Part shown: positions 51,627 to 62,544 of the stretch, piece after piece
How the letters are laid out: the number at the start of each line of letters is the position of its first letter
Position numbering within the stretch: position 1 is the first letter of the stretch
From: Candidatus Omnitrophota bacterium
GTDB lineage: Bacteria > Omnitrophota > Gorgyraeia > Tantalellales > Tantalellaceae
Direction: 5' to 3'
DNA length: 64,000 bases
NCBI GenBank assembly: GCA_043823005.1
Contig: JBDRBG010000013.1
Span: 25,233 to 89,232 of the forward strand
The notes under the pieces: model-generated
What the model was told of the DNA's origin: nothing
What the model saw: only the letters and a program-made list of their open reading frames with translations
Database searches by the model: none
Made by a program: the position numbers and the translations under genes

Positions 51627-52922
51627 ATGATAGAAAGATATACCCGTCCGGAAATGGCAAAAATATGGACAGAAAAGAATAAATTCCAGAAAATGCTTGA
51701 TGTAGAGATCCTTGCGTGCGAGGCTTTTGCTAAAATGGGCATTATGCCTAAGGAAGCAGTCAAGATCATACGGGAAAAAGCGGATTTTGACGTAGAACGC
51801 ATAAAAGAGATTGAAAGTAAAACTAATCATGATGTTGTAGCTTTTATTAAAAATGTATCTGAAAATGTAGGGGAAGAAGCAAAATATCTGCATTATGGCC
51901 TAACTTCCAGTGATGTTTTGGATACAGGACTGTCGATCATGATGGTAGAAGCTATGGATATCCTTATACAAGGGGTCAAGGATCTGATGGGAGCTTTAAA
52001 AGAGAAGGCTCTTAAATATAAAAATACGCCTATGATGGGCCGGTCACATGGCGTACATGCTGAACCCATATCGTTTGGGCTTAAAATGGCGCTTTTTTAT
52101 AAAGAAATGGAACGTAATCTCAAAAGGCTTAATGAAGCCAGAGAGACTATTGCAGTCGGGAAAATATCCGGATCTGTAGGTACTTTTGCTAATGTGGATC
52201 CTTTTGTGGAAGAATATGTATGTAAAAAACTTGACTTAAAACCCGCAGGTGTATCTAGTCAGGTTTTGCAAAGGGACAGGCATGCTTATTATTTGAACGC
52301 GATTGCTATTGTAGGTACTACTCTTGAAAAAATAGCCATTGAAATACGCGGTCTTCAAAAAACAGAGATAAGTGAAGTGCAGGAATTTTTTGCCAAGGGG
52401 CAGACAGGATCTTCAAGTATGCCGCATAAGAAGAACCCTATAATCTGTGAGAGGATAACGGGATTGGCGCGTGTATTAAGAGCAAATGCTATTGCCGGCA
52501 TGGAAAATGTCGCGTTATGGCATGAACGAGATATCTCGCATTCTTCGGTAGAAAGAATAATTGTTCCGGATTCAACCATTCTTTTGGACTATATGCTGGA
52601 TAAAGCAACAAAACTAGTTTCATTGCTTGTTGTAAACGAAGAAAAGATGATGAAAAATATAGGAGCAACACACGGATTGATTTATTCTCAGCGGATGATG
52701 CTCGAACTAATAAAAAAAGGCGCTAACCGAATGCAGGCTTATGATATTATTCAGGGGACTGCTTTGGAATGTTATGAAACGGGCGCGGAATTTAAAGAAT
52801 TGGCGCTTACCAGTGAAATAATAAAACAGTATCTTTCAGAACAAGAAATACAAGAATGTTTTAGTCTGGAGTATCATTTAAGACATATGGATATGATCTA
52901 TAAAAAAATCGGAATAAAATAA
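51627..52922 (+). CDS. purB: adenylosuccinate lyase
   Basis: 431 aa with the MIERYTRPEM N-terminus and the fumarate-lyase signature SSSMPHKKNP. Confidence 0.93.
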   Translation: MIERYTRPEMAKIWTEKNKFQKMLDVEILACEAFAKMGIMPKEAVKIIREKADFDVERIKEIESKTNHDVVAFIKNVSENVGEEAKYLHYGLTSSDVLDTGLSIMMVEAMDILIQGVKDLMGALKEKALKYKNTPMMGRSHGVHAEPISFGLKMALFYKEMERNLKRLNEARETIAVGKISGSVGTFANVDPFVEEYVCKKLDLKPAGVSSQVLQRDRHAYYLNAIAIVGTTLEKIAIEIRGLQKTEISEVQEFFAKGQTGSSSMPHKKNPIICERITGLARVLRANAIAGMENVALWHERDISHSSVERIIVPDSTILLDYMLDKATKLVSLLVVNEEKMMKNIGATHGLIYSQRMMLELIKKGANRMQAYDIIQGTALECYETGAEFKELALTSEIIKQYLSEQEIQECFSLEYHLRHMDMIYKKIGIK

Positions 52923-52934
52923 AGGATATAGTAC

Positions 52935-53939
52935 ATGCCAAAAGATATTACATACAAAAAGGCCGGAGTTGATATTGATAAAGCTAATAAGCTTGTTAAA
53001 GATATGAAAAATTTGATTAGTTCTACTCGAATCAAAGGAAGTCTGGGGTCAATCGGAGGGTTTGGCGGGTTTTTTGATCCAAAAGCCCTGAAGATTAAAA
53101 ACCCGATTCTTGTTGCGGCTACTGACGGTGTTGGCACGAAATTAAAAATAGCTGAGATAGCAGATAAACATGACACTATAGGTATAGATCTGGTTGCTAT
53201 GTGTGTAAATGATATTCTTTGTTCAGCCGGCCGGCCGCTGTTTTTTCTGGATTATTTTGCTTCAGGTAAACTTAATGAGAAGACCTGGGTTGAAGTTATC
53301 AAAGGAATAGTCAAGGGGTGCAAAGACGCCGGATGTGTACTTTTGGGCGGAGAAACAGCAGAGATGCCCGGGATGTACAAAGGCGGAGAATATGATCTTG
53401 CGGGTTTTTCAGTAGGCATAGTTGATAAACGCAAAGTAATAGACGGCAAAAAGGTAAAAGCAGGAGATGTGATTCTGGGGGTGGCTTCAAGCGGTTTGCA
53501 TTCTAATGGATATTCTTTGGTACGCAAGATATTTAGTCCCGCTGAGATAAAAAAGCAATACAAAATCCTTCTTAAGCCTACGATTATTTATGTGAAACCT
53601 TTTTTAGAAATTAGCCAAAGGGTAACAATAAAAGCAGTTGCGCATATAACAGGAGGCGGGTTTTACGATAATATACCGAGATCTCTGCCAAAAGGGAAAA
53701 AAGCTGTTATTTATAAAGGCAGCTGGCAAATGCCCAGGGTATTTGATCTTATTAAAAGCAAAACGAAAATAAAAGAAGAAGAACTTTACAGGACCTTTAA
53801 TATGGGCATTGGCATGACCTGGGTGCTTTCAAAAAAAGACGCGGATAAAGCAAAAGAAATGCTTACCCGGAAATATAAAATTAAGAGTTGGATAATAGGA
53901 GAGATTATAAACGGAAAAGTTGGTGTAGCGATAAATTAG
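52935..53939 (+). CDS. purM: phosphoribosylformylglycinamidine cyclo-ligase (AIR synthase)
   Basis: Motifs ATDGVGTKLKIA and GGETAEMPGMY. Confidence 0.93.
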   Translation: MPKDITYKKAGVDIDKANKLVKDMKNLISSTRIKGSLGSIGGFGGFFDPKALKIKNPILVAATDGVGTKLKIAEIADKHDTIGIDLVAMCVNDILCSAGRPLFFLDYFASGKLNEKTWVEVIKGIVKGCKDAGCVLLGGETAEMPGMYKGGEYDLAGFSVGIVDKRKVIDGKKVKAGDVILGVASSGLHSNGYSLVRKIFSPAEIKKQYKILLKPTIIYVKPFLEISQRVTIKAVAHITGGGFYDNIPRSLPKGKKAVIYKGSWQMPRVFDLIKSKTKIKEEELYRTFNMGIGMTWVLSKKDADKAKEMLTRKYKIKSWIIGEIINGKVGVAIN

Positions 53940-53954
53940 ACGGAGGAAAGAATA

Positions 53955-55229
53955 GTGAATATTTTGGTTATAGGTTCAGGCGGCAGGGAACATGCCTTAT
54001 GCTGGAAATTAAAACAAAGTACTTTTACTGAATCAATATATTGCGCGCCCGGGAACGGCGGGACTTCTCAAGAAGCTGTTAATGTAGAGCTGGATGTTGC
54101 TCAGCATAAAAAAGTGACGGATTTTTGCAAAGAAAAAAACATTGATTTAGTAGTTGTAGGCCCTGAAGCGCCGCTGGCGCTTGGTATGGCAGATGATCTA
54201 GAAAGAGCGGGAATAAAGGTTTTTGGGCCGTCTTATGCCGGCGCAAGGATGGAATCCAGTAAGATTTTCGCGAAAGAGCTCATGGGAAGATATAACATTC
54301 CAACAGCCGCTTTTAGAATATTTGAGGATTTTAAACAGGCGGAGGAATATATTAATTCTAAAGGGGCGCCTATAGTGGTTAAAGCTTACGGGCTTGCCGC
54401 GGGCAAAGGCGTAATAATCGCGGAAACAATCGAAGATGCAGTTAAAGCCGCGGAAGATATGCTTGTGAAAAACCGGTTTGGTTCTGCCGGCCAAAAAATA
54501 ATAGTCGAAGAGTTTTTGACAGGAGAAGAAGCTTCTATTTTGATAATAACGGACGGTACAAATATTATACCTCTTGTTACCAGCCAGGATCACAAAAGGG
54601 TTTATGACGGAGACAAAGGGCCTAACACAGGAGGGATGGGAGCTTATTCACCGGCGCCTATTGTTAGCGAAGAACTTTTTGATGAAGTAATGGAAAAAAT
54701 AGCGCGTCCTACTATTGATAGCCTGCGGAATGAAGGGATCACGTATAAAGGAGTTCTGTATATCGGGTTAATGATAACGGATGCCGGGGTCAAGGTTCTT
54801 GAATATAACGTGCGTTTTGGCGATCCGGAAACTCAGGTAGTTGTTCCGCGTTTAAAATCAGATTTAGCGGAGCTTTTAATGCGAGCCGCAGAAGGAGACA
54901 TATCCGGGCTGGAACTTGAATGGGATAAAAAAGAATATGTATGTGTTGTATGCGCTTCAGCAGGATACCCGGGTGATTATGATAAAGGCAAACTGATCAC
55001 CGGACTGGACGAGGCCAGGAAACTGGGAGCCCTGGTGTTTCATGCCGGAACACAAGTAGAGGACAACGGAATTGTAACTTTCGGAGGACGGGTACTTAAT
55101 GTAGTCGGATGCGGAGAAGGAATACAGCAGGCAATAGAAAATACATATAAAGCTGTTAAACAAATAAATTTTGAAGGAATGCATTTTCGAAAAGATATCG
55201 GGCACAGGGCAGTTGCAAATAGTCGTTAG
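53955..55229 (+). CDS. purD: phosphoribosylamine--glycine ligase
   Basis: MNILVIGSGGREHALCWKL N-terminus and an ATP-grasp domain. The last codons (NSR plus stop) lie in the repeat module AGTCGTTAGTCGTT. Confidence 0.93.
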   Translation: MNILVIGSGGREHALCWKLKQSTFTESIYCAPGNGGTSQEAVNVELDVAQHKKVTDFCKEKNIDLVVVGPEAPLALGMADDLERAGIKVFGPSYAGARMESSKIFAKELMGRYNIPTAAFRIFEDFKQAEEYINSKGAPIVVKAYGLAAGKGVIIAETIEDAVKAAEDMLVKNRFGSAGQKIIVEEFLTGEEASILIITDGTNIIPLVTSQDHKRVYDGDKGPNTGGMGAYSPAPIVSEELFDEVMEKIARPTIDSLRNEGITYKGVLYIGLMITDAGVKVLEYNVRFGDPETQVVVPRLKSDLAELLMRAAEGDISGLELEWDKKEYVCVVCASAGYPGDYDKGKLITGLDEARKLGALVFHAGTQVEDNGIVTFGGRVLNVVGCGEGIQQAIENTYKAVKQINFEGMHFRKDIGHRAVANSR

Positions 55230-55278
55230 TCGTTGGTCGTTCGTTGTTAATAGCCCTCTCCCGACGGCGAACCTCACC

Positions 55279-55320
55279 CGTCATTGCGAGGAGGAACGAA
55301 GTGACGACGCGGCAATCTCG
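55279..55320 (+). repeat. family-1 repeat
   Basis: CGTCATTGCGAGGAGGAACGAAGTGACGACGCGGCAATCTCG, preceded by the AGTCGTTAGTCGTT and CCCTCTCCCGACGGCGAACC modules. Confidence 0.85.
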
Positions 55321-55360
55321 ATAAAAATCAAAAGAATACAATAAAAAAAGGAGATTTAAT

Positions 55361-55858
55361 ATGGCGGAGAAAACAATAGTAAGTATAGTTATGGGGAGCG
55401 ATTCGGATCTTCCTGTTATGAAAGAGGCAAGCAGTATGCTTAAAAAATTTGATATAACGCATGAAGTTAAGATCTTTTCCGCGCACAGGTCGCCTGATAT
55501 GACAGCTGAATTCGCGAAAACAGCGCGGCAGAGAGGAATAAAGATCATTATAGCAGGCGCAGGAGGGGCCGCTCATCTGGCAGGTATAATTGCCGCGCAT
55601 ACAACACTTCCTGTAATAGGCGTACCTATGGAAAGCAGATTAGATGGAATAGATTCGCTTCTGTCAACAGTACAAATGCCTGCAGGGGTTCCTGTTGCCA
55701 CGGTGTCTGTGGGCAAGCCCGGGGCGATAAATGCCGCGATATTATCCGCGGAGATTCTGGGAGTTCATGATAAAGATATTGAAAAAAAACTGGAAGAGCA
55801 CAAAAAAGAGCTTGTTCGTAAAATAGAAAATAAAAACAAGGAAATACAAAGCACTTGA
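55361..55858 (+). CDS. purE: N5-carboxyaminoimidazole ribonucleotide mutase
   Basis: Motifs [12 protein letters not shown]...AGGAAHL. Confidence 0.9.
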   Translation: MAEKTIVSIVMGSDSDLPVMKEASSMLKKFDITHEVKIFSAHRSPDMTAEFAKTARQRGIKIIIAGAGGAAHLAGIIAAHTTLPVIGVPMESRLDGIDSLLSTVQMPAGVPVATVSVGKPGAINAAILSAEILGVHDKDIEKKLEEHKKELVRKIENKNKEIQST

Positions 55859-56337
55859 TGTTTGGAATAAATGATATGAAAAATATAAAGAAAATATTAT
55901 TTGTGTGCACGGGAAACAGCTGTCGCAGTATAATGGCAGAAGCATATTTAAAAGAACGGATTAAAGAGGAAAACCTTTTAATTGAAGTCAGGTCTGCCGG
56001 TACATCGGGAATGGACGGATCTTTGCCTACAAGAGAGACGCTTAGCGTACTCAAAGAAGACGGAATCGTTGTGGAAGGATATGAATCCAAAATGCTGACA
56101 GAAGATTTTGTCAAATGGGCGGATCTGATTTTAGTTATGGAACCCCGACATCAAGAAAGGATTCAGGATATTCTGCCCGGTTGCGGTGAAAAAGTTCATG
56201 GCCTGGCTGAATTTGATAAAGAAGCGCGGGAAAGAATAGTATACGATCCCATAGGCGGGACTCTTGATTTTTACAGAAAGACTTTTGAACGGATAAAAAG
56301 TGCAATCGAGGAGTTGATATTATGGCTAAAACAATAG
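55855..56337 (+). CDS. low-molecular-weight protein phosphatase (LMW-PTP / ArsC-like family)
   Basis: CTGNSCRS P-loop (CX5R(S/T)) near the N-terminus. An alternative start lies at the ATG at 55876. Confidence 0.8.
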   Translation: MMFGINDMKNIKKILFVCTGNSCRSIMAEAYLKERIKEENLLIEVRSAGTSGMDGSLPTRETLSVLKEDGIVVEGYESKMLTEDFVKWADLILVMEPRHQERIQDILPGCGEKVHGLAEFDKEARERIVYDPIGGTLDFYRKTFERIKSAIEELILWLKQ

Positions 56338-56777
56338 TGATAGCGGCTGATCACGGCGGGTTCGCGCTTAAAGAAAAGGTCAAAAAAATTTTAAAGAAAA
56401 GCAGGTATAAGCTGGAAGATAAAGGTACTTTTTCTCCGGAATCATGCGATTATCCGGAATATGGATTTAATGCCGGCCGAATGGTTTCTCAGGGGAAAGC
56501 GTATCGAGCTATAATAATATGCAAGAGCGGTATTGGTATGGCAGTTGTAGCAAACAAACTTCCGGGTGTACGCGCCGGAGTATGTACTTCGGTTGAAGAC
56601 GCAGTTTCTTCTCGACAGCATAATGATACTAATGTGCTGGTTCTTGCGGCAAATAAGACTTCAAAGGAAAAAGCGGAAGAAATCATCAAGGTTTGGCTAA
56701 GAACCAGAACTCTTGGCGGACGCCATAGCCGGCGCGTCAAACAGATCAAGGCTTTGGAGAAGAAGGTTTTTAAATAG
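56322..56777 (+). CDS. rpiB: ribose-5-phosphate isomerase B
   Basis: Motifs AADHGG...ICKSGIGMAVVANK of the LacAB_rpiB family. Confidence 0.85.
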   Translation: MAKTIVIAADHGGFALKEKVKKILKKSRYKLEDKGTFSPESCDYPEYGFNAGRMVSQGKAYRAIIICKSGIGMAVVANKLPGVRAGVCTSVEDAVSSRQHNDTNVLVLAANKTSKEKAEEIIKVWLRTRTLGGRHSRRVKQIKALEKKVFK

Positions 56778-56829
56778 TGAGTAGTTATTAGTGAATGGTG
56801 AATAGTGTTTTGTCCTAAAAATAGACAAA

Positions 56830-56876
56830 GGGAGATTGCCGTGCTACTCGCTAGGCTTGCGGCTCGCAATGACAAA
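56830..56876 (-). repeat. family-1 repeat, inverted and diverged
   Basis: GAGATTGCCGTGCTACTCGCTAGGCTTGCGGCTCGCAATGACAAAAG. Confidence 0.7.
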
Positions 56877-56887
56877 AGCTTGTTCGT

Positions 56888-56926
56888 TAGTGCGAAGGCC
56901 GAGGCAAACGAGGTCTGCGGCAATCT
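56888..56926 (+). repeat. family-1 repeat with a degenerate 5' end
   Basis: GTGCGAAGGCCGAGGCAAACGAGGTCTGCGGCAATCTC. Confidence 0.7.
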
Positions 56927-57018
56927 CAAAAAAGTGGCAACCTTTTTAGAGTGATACAGAATTAACTAAAACAATCAACGAATTTAACGGCATACGATAC
57001 GATAACGAAAGGAAAGAA

Positions 57019-58281
57019 ATGAGACATTTAAAGAACACGGATCCTGAAATATTTCAGACAATACTTGATGAAACTAAAAGACAGAATCAAGGCATAGAAC
57101 TCATAGCAAGTGAAAATTTTACCAGCCGGGCGGTTATGGACGCGGCAGCATCTTCTATGACCAATAAATACGCTGAAGGTTATCCGCACGCGCGTTATTA
57201 TGGAGGATGCGAATTTGTGGATAAAGCAGAGGATATAGCCATACAACGGGCGAAAAAACTTTTCGGCGCTGAACATGTTAATGTACAGCCTCATTCAGGG
57301 TCACAGGCTAATATGGCGATTTATTTTGCCATGCTGAACATAGGCGATACAGTTATGGCTATGGATCTTGCGTGCGGAGGCCACCTGACACACGGACACA
57401 AAAAGAACTTTTCAGGCAAATATTTTAATATGGTTTTTTACGGTGTAAACAAAGATACTGAAAAACTGGATTTTAATGAGATAAGACAAAAAGCCTTGGA
57501 ACATAAACCAAAAATGATCATAGCCGGCGCTTCCGCGTACCCCCGTACCATAGATTTTAATAAGTTCAGAGAAATCTGTGACGAAATAGGGGCTATCTTA
57601 ATGGTGGATATGGCACACATAGCAGGGTTAGTCGCGGTCGGTCTGCATCCCAATCCTGTGCTTGTCGCAGAGTTTGTGACAACTACTACGCATAAGACTT
57701 TAAGGGGGCCCAGAGCCGGAATGATTCTGTGCAGAGAAGAATATGCTAAAAAAATAAATTCTGAAATATTTCCCGGCATTCAGGGAGGCCCTCTTATGCA
57801 TATTATCGCGGCTAAAGCTGTCGCCTTAAAAGAAGCGCTGGAACCTGATTTTAAAAAATATCAGGAAAGGATCATAAAAAACGCGGGATGTCTTGCGCAG
57901 GAACTGACAAAACATGGATACAGAATCGTTTCCGGCGGTACGGATAATCATCTGATGCTGGTGGACCTTTCGAATAAAGGGATAACAGGGAAAGAAGCGG
58001 AAATCTGTTTGGATAAAGCAGGCATTACCGTGAATAAGAACCTGATTCCTTTTGACGAAAAAAGTCCGTTTATTACCAGCGGGATTAGATTGGGAACTCC
58101 TGCGGTAACAACAAGAGGTATGAATGAAAAAGAAATGATAAAAATAGCGGAGTTGATTGATAAAGCGTTATCTCTACGGGAGGACGAAACCAAACTTAAT
58201 GGCATGCGAAAAGAAGTTCGGGACTTTTTAACGGATTTTCCGTTATATAAAGAACTGATAAATGATATGGAAAATTTATAA
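57019..58281 (+). CDS. glyA: serine hydroxymethyltransferase
   Basis: Motifs HLTHGH...[13 protein letters not shown]. Confidence 0.95.
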   Translation: MRHLKNTDPEIFQTILDETKRQNQGIELIASENFTSRAVMDAAASSMTNKYAEGYPHARYYGGCEFVDKAEDIAIQRAKKLFGAEHVNVQPHSGSQANMAIYFAMLNIGDTVMAMDLACGGHLTHGHKKNFSGKYFNMVFYGVNKDTEKLDFNEIRQKALEHKPKMIIAGASAYPRTIDFNKFREICDEIGAILMVDMAHIAGLVAVGLHPNPVLVAEFVTTTTHKTLRGPRAGMILCREEYAKKINSEIFPGIQGGPLMHIIAAKAVALKEALEPDFKKYQERIIKNAGCLAQELTKHGYRIVSGGTDNHLMLVDLSNKGITGKEAEICLDKAGITVNKNLIPFDEKSPFITSGIRLGTPAVTTRGMNEKEMIKIAELIDKALSLREDETKLNGMRKEVRDFLTDFPLYKELINDMENL

Positions 58282-58297
58282 GAGGATCGAGCAAACA

Positions 58298-58804
58298 ATG
58301 AAACAGGAGAATTTGGGAATAAACAAAGAAATAATTTCAGGGAGCCGGGATAGGAACATAAAACGGCCTTCCTGGGATGAATACTTTTTAAGTATATCAA
58401 AACTGGTTGCTACCCGTTCAACGTGTATGAGGCGACAGGTAGGCGCGGTTGTCGTTAAAAACAAACAGATACTTGCTACAGGATATAACGGAGCGCCTTC
58501 AGGCATAAGACATTGTGACGCTGTAGGGTGTATTAGGCAGGAACTTAATGTGCCTTCGGGAGAGCGGCACGAACTTTGCCGTGCTCTTCATGCGGAACAG
58601 AACGCGTTTTTACAGGCCGCCCGGCATGGTGTGAATTTAGACGGCGCTTCATTATATGTTACGACACAACCGTGCAGTATATGCGCTAAGATGATAATAA
58701 ATGCCGGGATAAAGAAGGTCATAATGCAGGGGGCATATCCCGATGAATTAGCTCTTCAGTATTTGCAAGAGGCAAATATTGAGATGAAGGTGGTAAAGCC
58801 GTGA
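58298..58804 (+). CDS. dCMP / cytidine-deoxycytidylate deaminase
   Basis: HAEQNA...PCSICAKMI zinc-binding motifs. The ATG at 58298 follows AGAGGA, whereas the track start at 58262 overlaps glyA. Confidence 0.8.
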   Translation: MKQENLGINKEIISGSRDRNIKRPSWDEYFLSISKLVATRSTCMRRQVGAVVVKNKQILATGYNGAPSGIRHCDAVGCIRQELNVPSGERHELCRALHAEQNAFLQAARHGVNLDGASLYVTTQPCSICAKMIINAGIKKVIMQGAYPDELALQYLQEANIEMKVVKP

Positions 58805-59250
58805 GATGTCCATATTGCAGCAGTATAGAGGATAAGGTTATAGATTCCCGCATGAGCGGCGAGGGGGTCAGTATCCGCAGGAGGAGAGAATGTCTGAAAT
58901 GCGGGAAAAGGTTTACGACATATGAGTATGTTGAAAAAGCTATTTTAATGGTGATAAAGAGAAACGGGACAAGAAAAAAATTTGACAGAGAACGAATAAA
59001 AGAAGGTATAGTTAAAGCATGCGAAAAACGGCCCGTTAGTATGGATAAGATAGACAAGATAGTAGAGGACATAGAAAGGGAAATTCAGAAAAAAGCGGAC
59101 ACAGAAATAAAATCAACAGTAATCGGCAATATGGTTATGAAAGAACTATATGATCTTGACGAAGTCGCGTATGTCCGTTTCGCCTCGGTGTACAGACGGT
59201 TTAAAGATGTTTCTTATTTTATGAAAGAACTCAAAAAGTTTCTGGAATAG
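58801..59250 (+). CDS. nrdR: transcriptional repressor NrdR
   Basis: [17 protein letters not shown]...[12 protein letters not shown] zinc ribbon plus an ATP-cone domain. Confidence 0.9.
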   Translation: MRCPYCSSIEDKVIDSRMSGEGVSIRRRRECLKCGKRFTTYEYVEKAILMVIKRNGTRKKFDRERIKEGIVKACEKRPVSMDKIDKIVEDIEREIQKKADTEIKSTVIGNMVMKELYDLDEVAYVRFASVYRRFKDVSYFMKELKKFLE

Positions 59251-59340
59251 ATCTTTTGATCTTTTTTCTTTTTATTGAGAGGGCATTGACATTCTCTAGG
59301 CTCGCGTCTCATGATCAGGCTATGTCGCAATTCAGATTTC

Positions 59341-59378
59341 GTCTTTGCGAGGGAGCAAGAGCGACCGCGGCAATCTCC
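59341..59378 (+). repeat. family-1 repeat
   Basis: CGTCTTTGCGAGGGAGCAAGAGCGACCGCGGCAATCTC. Confidence 0.85.
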
Positions 59379-59506
59379 ATAATAATATAATTTACCTGCA
59401 AAATTTATATTTTTATTGCTACATGAAAGTGCTTTACGCCAGAGTCGGATCCGCATATTACGGCAGAGAGAGGGCTCCTACTAACGATTCTGCCACCATT
59501 CACTAT

Positions 59507-60952
59507 TTATATTTTATCCAACGGTGTTTTTAAAATCAATTGCGTAGCATTTTCTTTTATCCAGACATCCATGGCAGCGGCTTGTTTTCTTATAAGAAGA
59601 TTCTGTTCGATTGTTTTTTTTTGATCCTCAAAAGCTGTCTCGTCTGCCGGGATTATTTCCTCTATGCGGGCAAGAAGAATACCTTTCTTAATGTTTATCG
59701 GACGAAGCATTTTGCCTTGACCTGTTTTTAAGGCCGCGGATACGAATCTTTCAGCCGGGCCGATATTTTCTATATAACCATCAATGGTTACACTAGAGGA
59801 AACAGCCACGGTTTGTCCGATTTCACGAGCCTTATTTTCAAGAGAAGACGATGAGGATGTTATCTCTTCGTAAAAAGAGTTTGCTTTTTGCTCCGCAAGG
59901 GAGAGACTTTTTCGTTCTTCAAGTTTTTTTTCTATTTCTCCGCGCACTTGAGTAAAAGTCTTATACTTGCGGGGAATGTTTTTGATTTTTCGAAGAATAT
60001 ACACGGACCCGGTATCTCCGGGCGAGAACAGAGGGTCGCTAATAGCGCCTTCTTGCAGAGTAAAAGCCTCTTTGTGAAAATTTTCAAAAAAAGGCACGTC
60101 CGGAATTACCTCGTTTTGAGCGAATGCCGCAGGATTTTTATAATTCAGGTTAGATTGCCGCGAAATATTTTTAAACTGCAGCGGAGACTTTTTTATTCGC
60201 GTTAGAATATTTTTTAACTGTGATGTTTGGGAATTATTCGCATAAGGAAATTCTATGTATTCAATCTCTGCTTTTTCGGGTTCAAAAAAAATATCTTTGT
60301 TCGCGGTATAATAGTTCATGGATTCATCTTCGGATACTGAAGCCTGCGCGGAAAAAAGATCTTTATCTATTAAAAGATATGAAAATTTTACTTTATCATT
60401 ATGCTGTTTGTAATAATCACGCAGTTCCGTTTCTGAGACAGCAATGTTTTTAAGTATACTGCCGCGTAATATTTGGACTGCCAGATTTTGACGAACCAAT
60501 TCTTCGAAATGACGGGGATCCGTTCCGATCGTATTTCGAAGGATATACTGATAGGTTCTTTTATCAAAACTTCCGTTGCGCAGAAAAAGCGGATGCTGAG
60601 AAAGAAAGGCGAGCACATCATTGTTGTTAATACGGATTTTTTTGTCCCGGGATTTGTTAAGCAGAATAAGCCGTTCCCATGCCATATAATTTAACATTGA
60701 TCTGTTCTGAAAAATCTGGTTTAGCGCGTTAAAATTCCCATAATAGGAAAAAAGTATTTGTACTTTTACTCCCAGCCTGCTTTCTTCAATGTCATCCGTA
60801 TAGACCTTATGTTTTCCTATTTGTCCCACAAGCTGGGGACGGTTTTGCAGGCTTCCGACTCCCCATAGGATAAAAGCCGGGATTATTAAAATAAGTATCG
60901 CGGTCATGATGCGTTTAGCAAATTTTTTGCTTCTAAGTATATGAAGTACCAT
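59507..60952 (-). CDS. PpiD/SurA-family periplasmic chaperone with parvulin-like PPIase
   Basis: 481 aa with an N-terminal TM anchor MVLHILRSKK...ILILIIPAFILWGVGSL resembling the PpiD N-terminus. Confidence 0.65.
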   Translation of the reverse strand: MVLHILRSKKFAKRIMTAILILIIPAFILWGVGSLQNRPQLVGQIGKHKVYTDDIEESRLGVKVQILFSYYGNFNALNQIFQNRSMLNYMAWERLILLNKSRDKKIRINNNDVLAFLSQHPLFLRNGSFDKRTYQYILRNTIGTDPRHFEELVRQNLAVQILRGSILKNIAVSETELRDYYKQHNDKVKFSYLLIDKDLFSAQASVSEDESMNYYTANKDIFFEPEKAEIEYIEFPYANNSQTSQLKNILTRIKKSPLQFKNISRQSNLNYKNPAAFAQNEVIPDVPFFENFHKEAFTLQEGAISDPLFSPGDTGSVYILRKIKNIPRKYKTFTQVRGEIEKKLEERKSLSLAEQKANSFYEEITSSSSSLENKAREIGQTVAVSSSVTIDGYIENIGPAERFVSAALKTGQGKMLRPINIKKGILLARIEEIIPADETAFEDQKKTIEQNLLIRKQAAAMDVWIKENATQLILKTPLDKI

Positions 60953-61225
60953 TATTTGATCCTTTCTTATTTTTTAAACAATGTACTAAAAGCTTATTAT
61001 AAGACAAACTGCCTATTGTAAACAAGAGGATAATTAATAACAGTTCTCAGTTAAGGCGGCGGTCGTTTGTAGGAGCCCTTTTTCCGTCGTAATATGTGAA
61101 TCCGCCTTTGGAGGACCGCATCGTCTCTTTCCGCCTGAGGCGGACCCGTCCTTTGGCGGGCGTTCCTTCTCGCAAAAACAAAAAAGATCTATTCCTCCAT
61201 TAGGCTGTGGTGCAATTTAAACTCT

Positions 61226-61262
61226 GTCTTTGCGAGGGAGCAAAGCGACCGCGGCAATCTCC
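61226..61262 (+). repeat. family-1 repeat
   Basis: GTCTTTGCGAGGGAGCAAAGCGACCGCGGCAATCTCC. Upstream (61060-61175) has GGCGGA/TCCGCC-type modules. Confidence 0.85.
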
Positions 61263-61382
61263 TTTACAAGAAGAGTATAGACTAATTGTACCCGAGATAT
61301 TATTTTTATTCTTGCTTGCTGTATATGGGCTGTGTTAAATTAAAGCATGGGAACATGACTGAAAGTAAAGAAAGGTGAAAAC

Positions 61383-61598
61383 ATGACAATTCCGGGATAT
61401 ATAGATTATAAAAGAAGAGAGTATTGTAAAGATGTAAGCTGTCCGGTACAAATAGATCTTGATAGTCAGGAACAGGGTTCAGATAAATATGAAGAAATAA
61501 GACAAATATGTAAAGCAGGATGTAAATATACAACATATCAGTTTCATCATTGGCTGATAGAAAAAGGGTACTTGATTGTTAAACAAGGAGGAATATAA
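61383..61598 (+). CDS. small Cys-rich hypothetical protein
   Basis: 71 aa preceded by AAAGGTGA, with CxxC and CxxxC pairs. It ends 1 nt before the aldolase start. Confidence 0.3.
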   Translation: MTIPGYIDYKRREYCKDVSCPVQIDLDSQEQGSDKYEEIRQICKAGCKYTTYQFHHWLIEKGYLIVKQGGI

Positions 61599-61599
61599 A

Positions 61600-62394
61600 A
61601 TGGATTGGGGAATGAAAAATCGTTTGAGCAATCTTTTCCAGGCAGACGGACATTGTTTCTTTTTGCCTATAGATCATGGTTATTTTCAAGGGCCTACACA
61701 TTGTTTGGAAAAACCCGGAGAGACTATAGCTCCGCTTCTTAAATATTGTGACGCGCTTTTTGTTACACGGGGCGTATTACGTTCGTGTGTGGAACCGGGC
61801 ATCGAAAAACCCATTATATTAAGGGTTTCCGGAGGCACCAGTGTTGTGGGAAAGGATCTGGCAAATGAGATTTTGACGACTTCTATAGAAGAAATCCTCA
61901 GGCTTAATGTGTCAGCTGTCGGAGTTTCGGTGTTTATCGGAAGCGATTATGAAAAAGAAACATTACGCAATCTCGCGGATCTTGTAAATAAATGTGAAGG
62001 GTACGGTATTCCTGTAATGGCTGTGACTGCGGTAGGAAAAGAGATGGTAAAACGAGAAGCAAGATATCTCGCGTTATGCTGCCGTATTGCCGCGGAATTA
62101 GGCGCAAAAGTGGTAAAAACCTATTGGTGCGCGAAAGATTTTGATAAAGTTATAAAAGGATGTCCGGTACCGGTAGTTATGGCTGGAGGGCCTAAATGTG
62201 AAACAGCGCTTGAAGTTCTGGAATTTGTTTATGACGGTATGCAGAAAGGTTCTGTCGGCATAAACCTGGGAAGAAATGTATGGCAGAACGCTCATCCTGT
62301 TGCTATGGCAAAATCTTTATACGCGGTTATTCATGAAAAAGCTACGCCAAAAGAAGCGTATGAAATATTTAATGAAGAGATCAATAGTCGTTAG
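61600..62394 (+). CDS. class I aldolase of the DhnA/FbaB (DeoC-like) family
   Basis: The ATG at 61600 is preceded by AGGAGG. The family assignment is by general resemblance and I did not locate the Schiff-base lysine. The last codons (NSR plus stop) are provided by the AGTCGTTAGTCGTT repeat module. Confidence 0.65.
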   Translation: MDWGMKNRLSNLFQADGHCFFLPIDHGYFQGPTHCLEKPGETIAPLLKYCDALFVTRGVLRSCVEPGIEKPIILRVSGGTSVVGKDLANEILTTSIEEILRLNVSAVGVSVFIGSDYEKETLRNLADLVNKCEGYGIPVMAVTAVGKEMVKREARYLALCCRIAAELGAKVVKTYWCAKDFDKVIKGCPVPVVMAGGPKCETALEVLEFVYDGMQKGSVGINLGRNVWQNAHPVAMAKSLYAVIHEKATPKEAYEIFNEEINSR

Positions 62395-62483
62395 TCGTTC
62401 GTCGTTAGTAGGAGCCCTCTCCTGAGGGCGAACAGAATGAAGGGAAAAGAGAAAAGGAAAAAGTTGGGGAGAGAATTTTTTTC

Positions 62484-62526
62484 CTCTTTGCGAGGCCTGA
62501 GGCAGACGAAGGCCGCGGCAATCTCG
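62484..62526 (+). repeat. family-1 repeat
   Basis: CCTCTTTGCGAGGCCTGAGGCAGACGAAGGCCGCGGCAATCTCG. Confidence 0.8.
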
Positions 62527-62544
62527 ACATAGGAGCAAAATTAT

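Noticed and set aside
59888-60694. Several 60-105 aa plus-strand ORFs inside the minus-strand ppiD-like gene
   Set aside because: These are antisense shadows with no start context. The minus-strand ORF has a PpiD-like N-terminal anchor.
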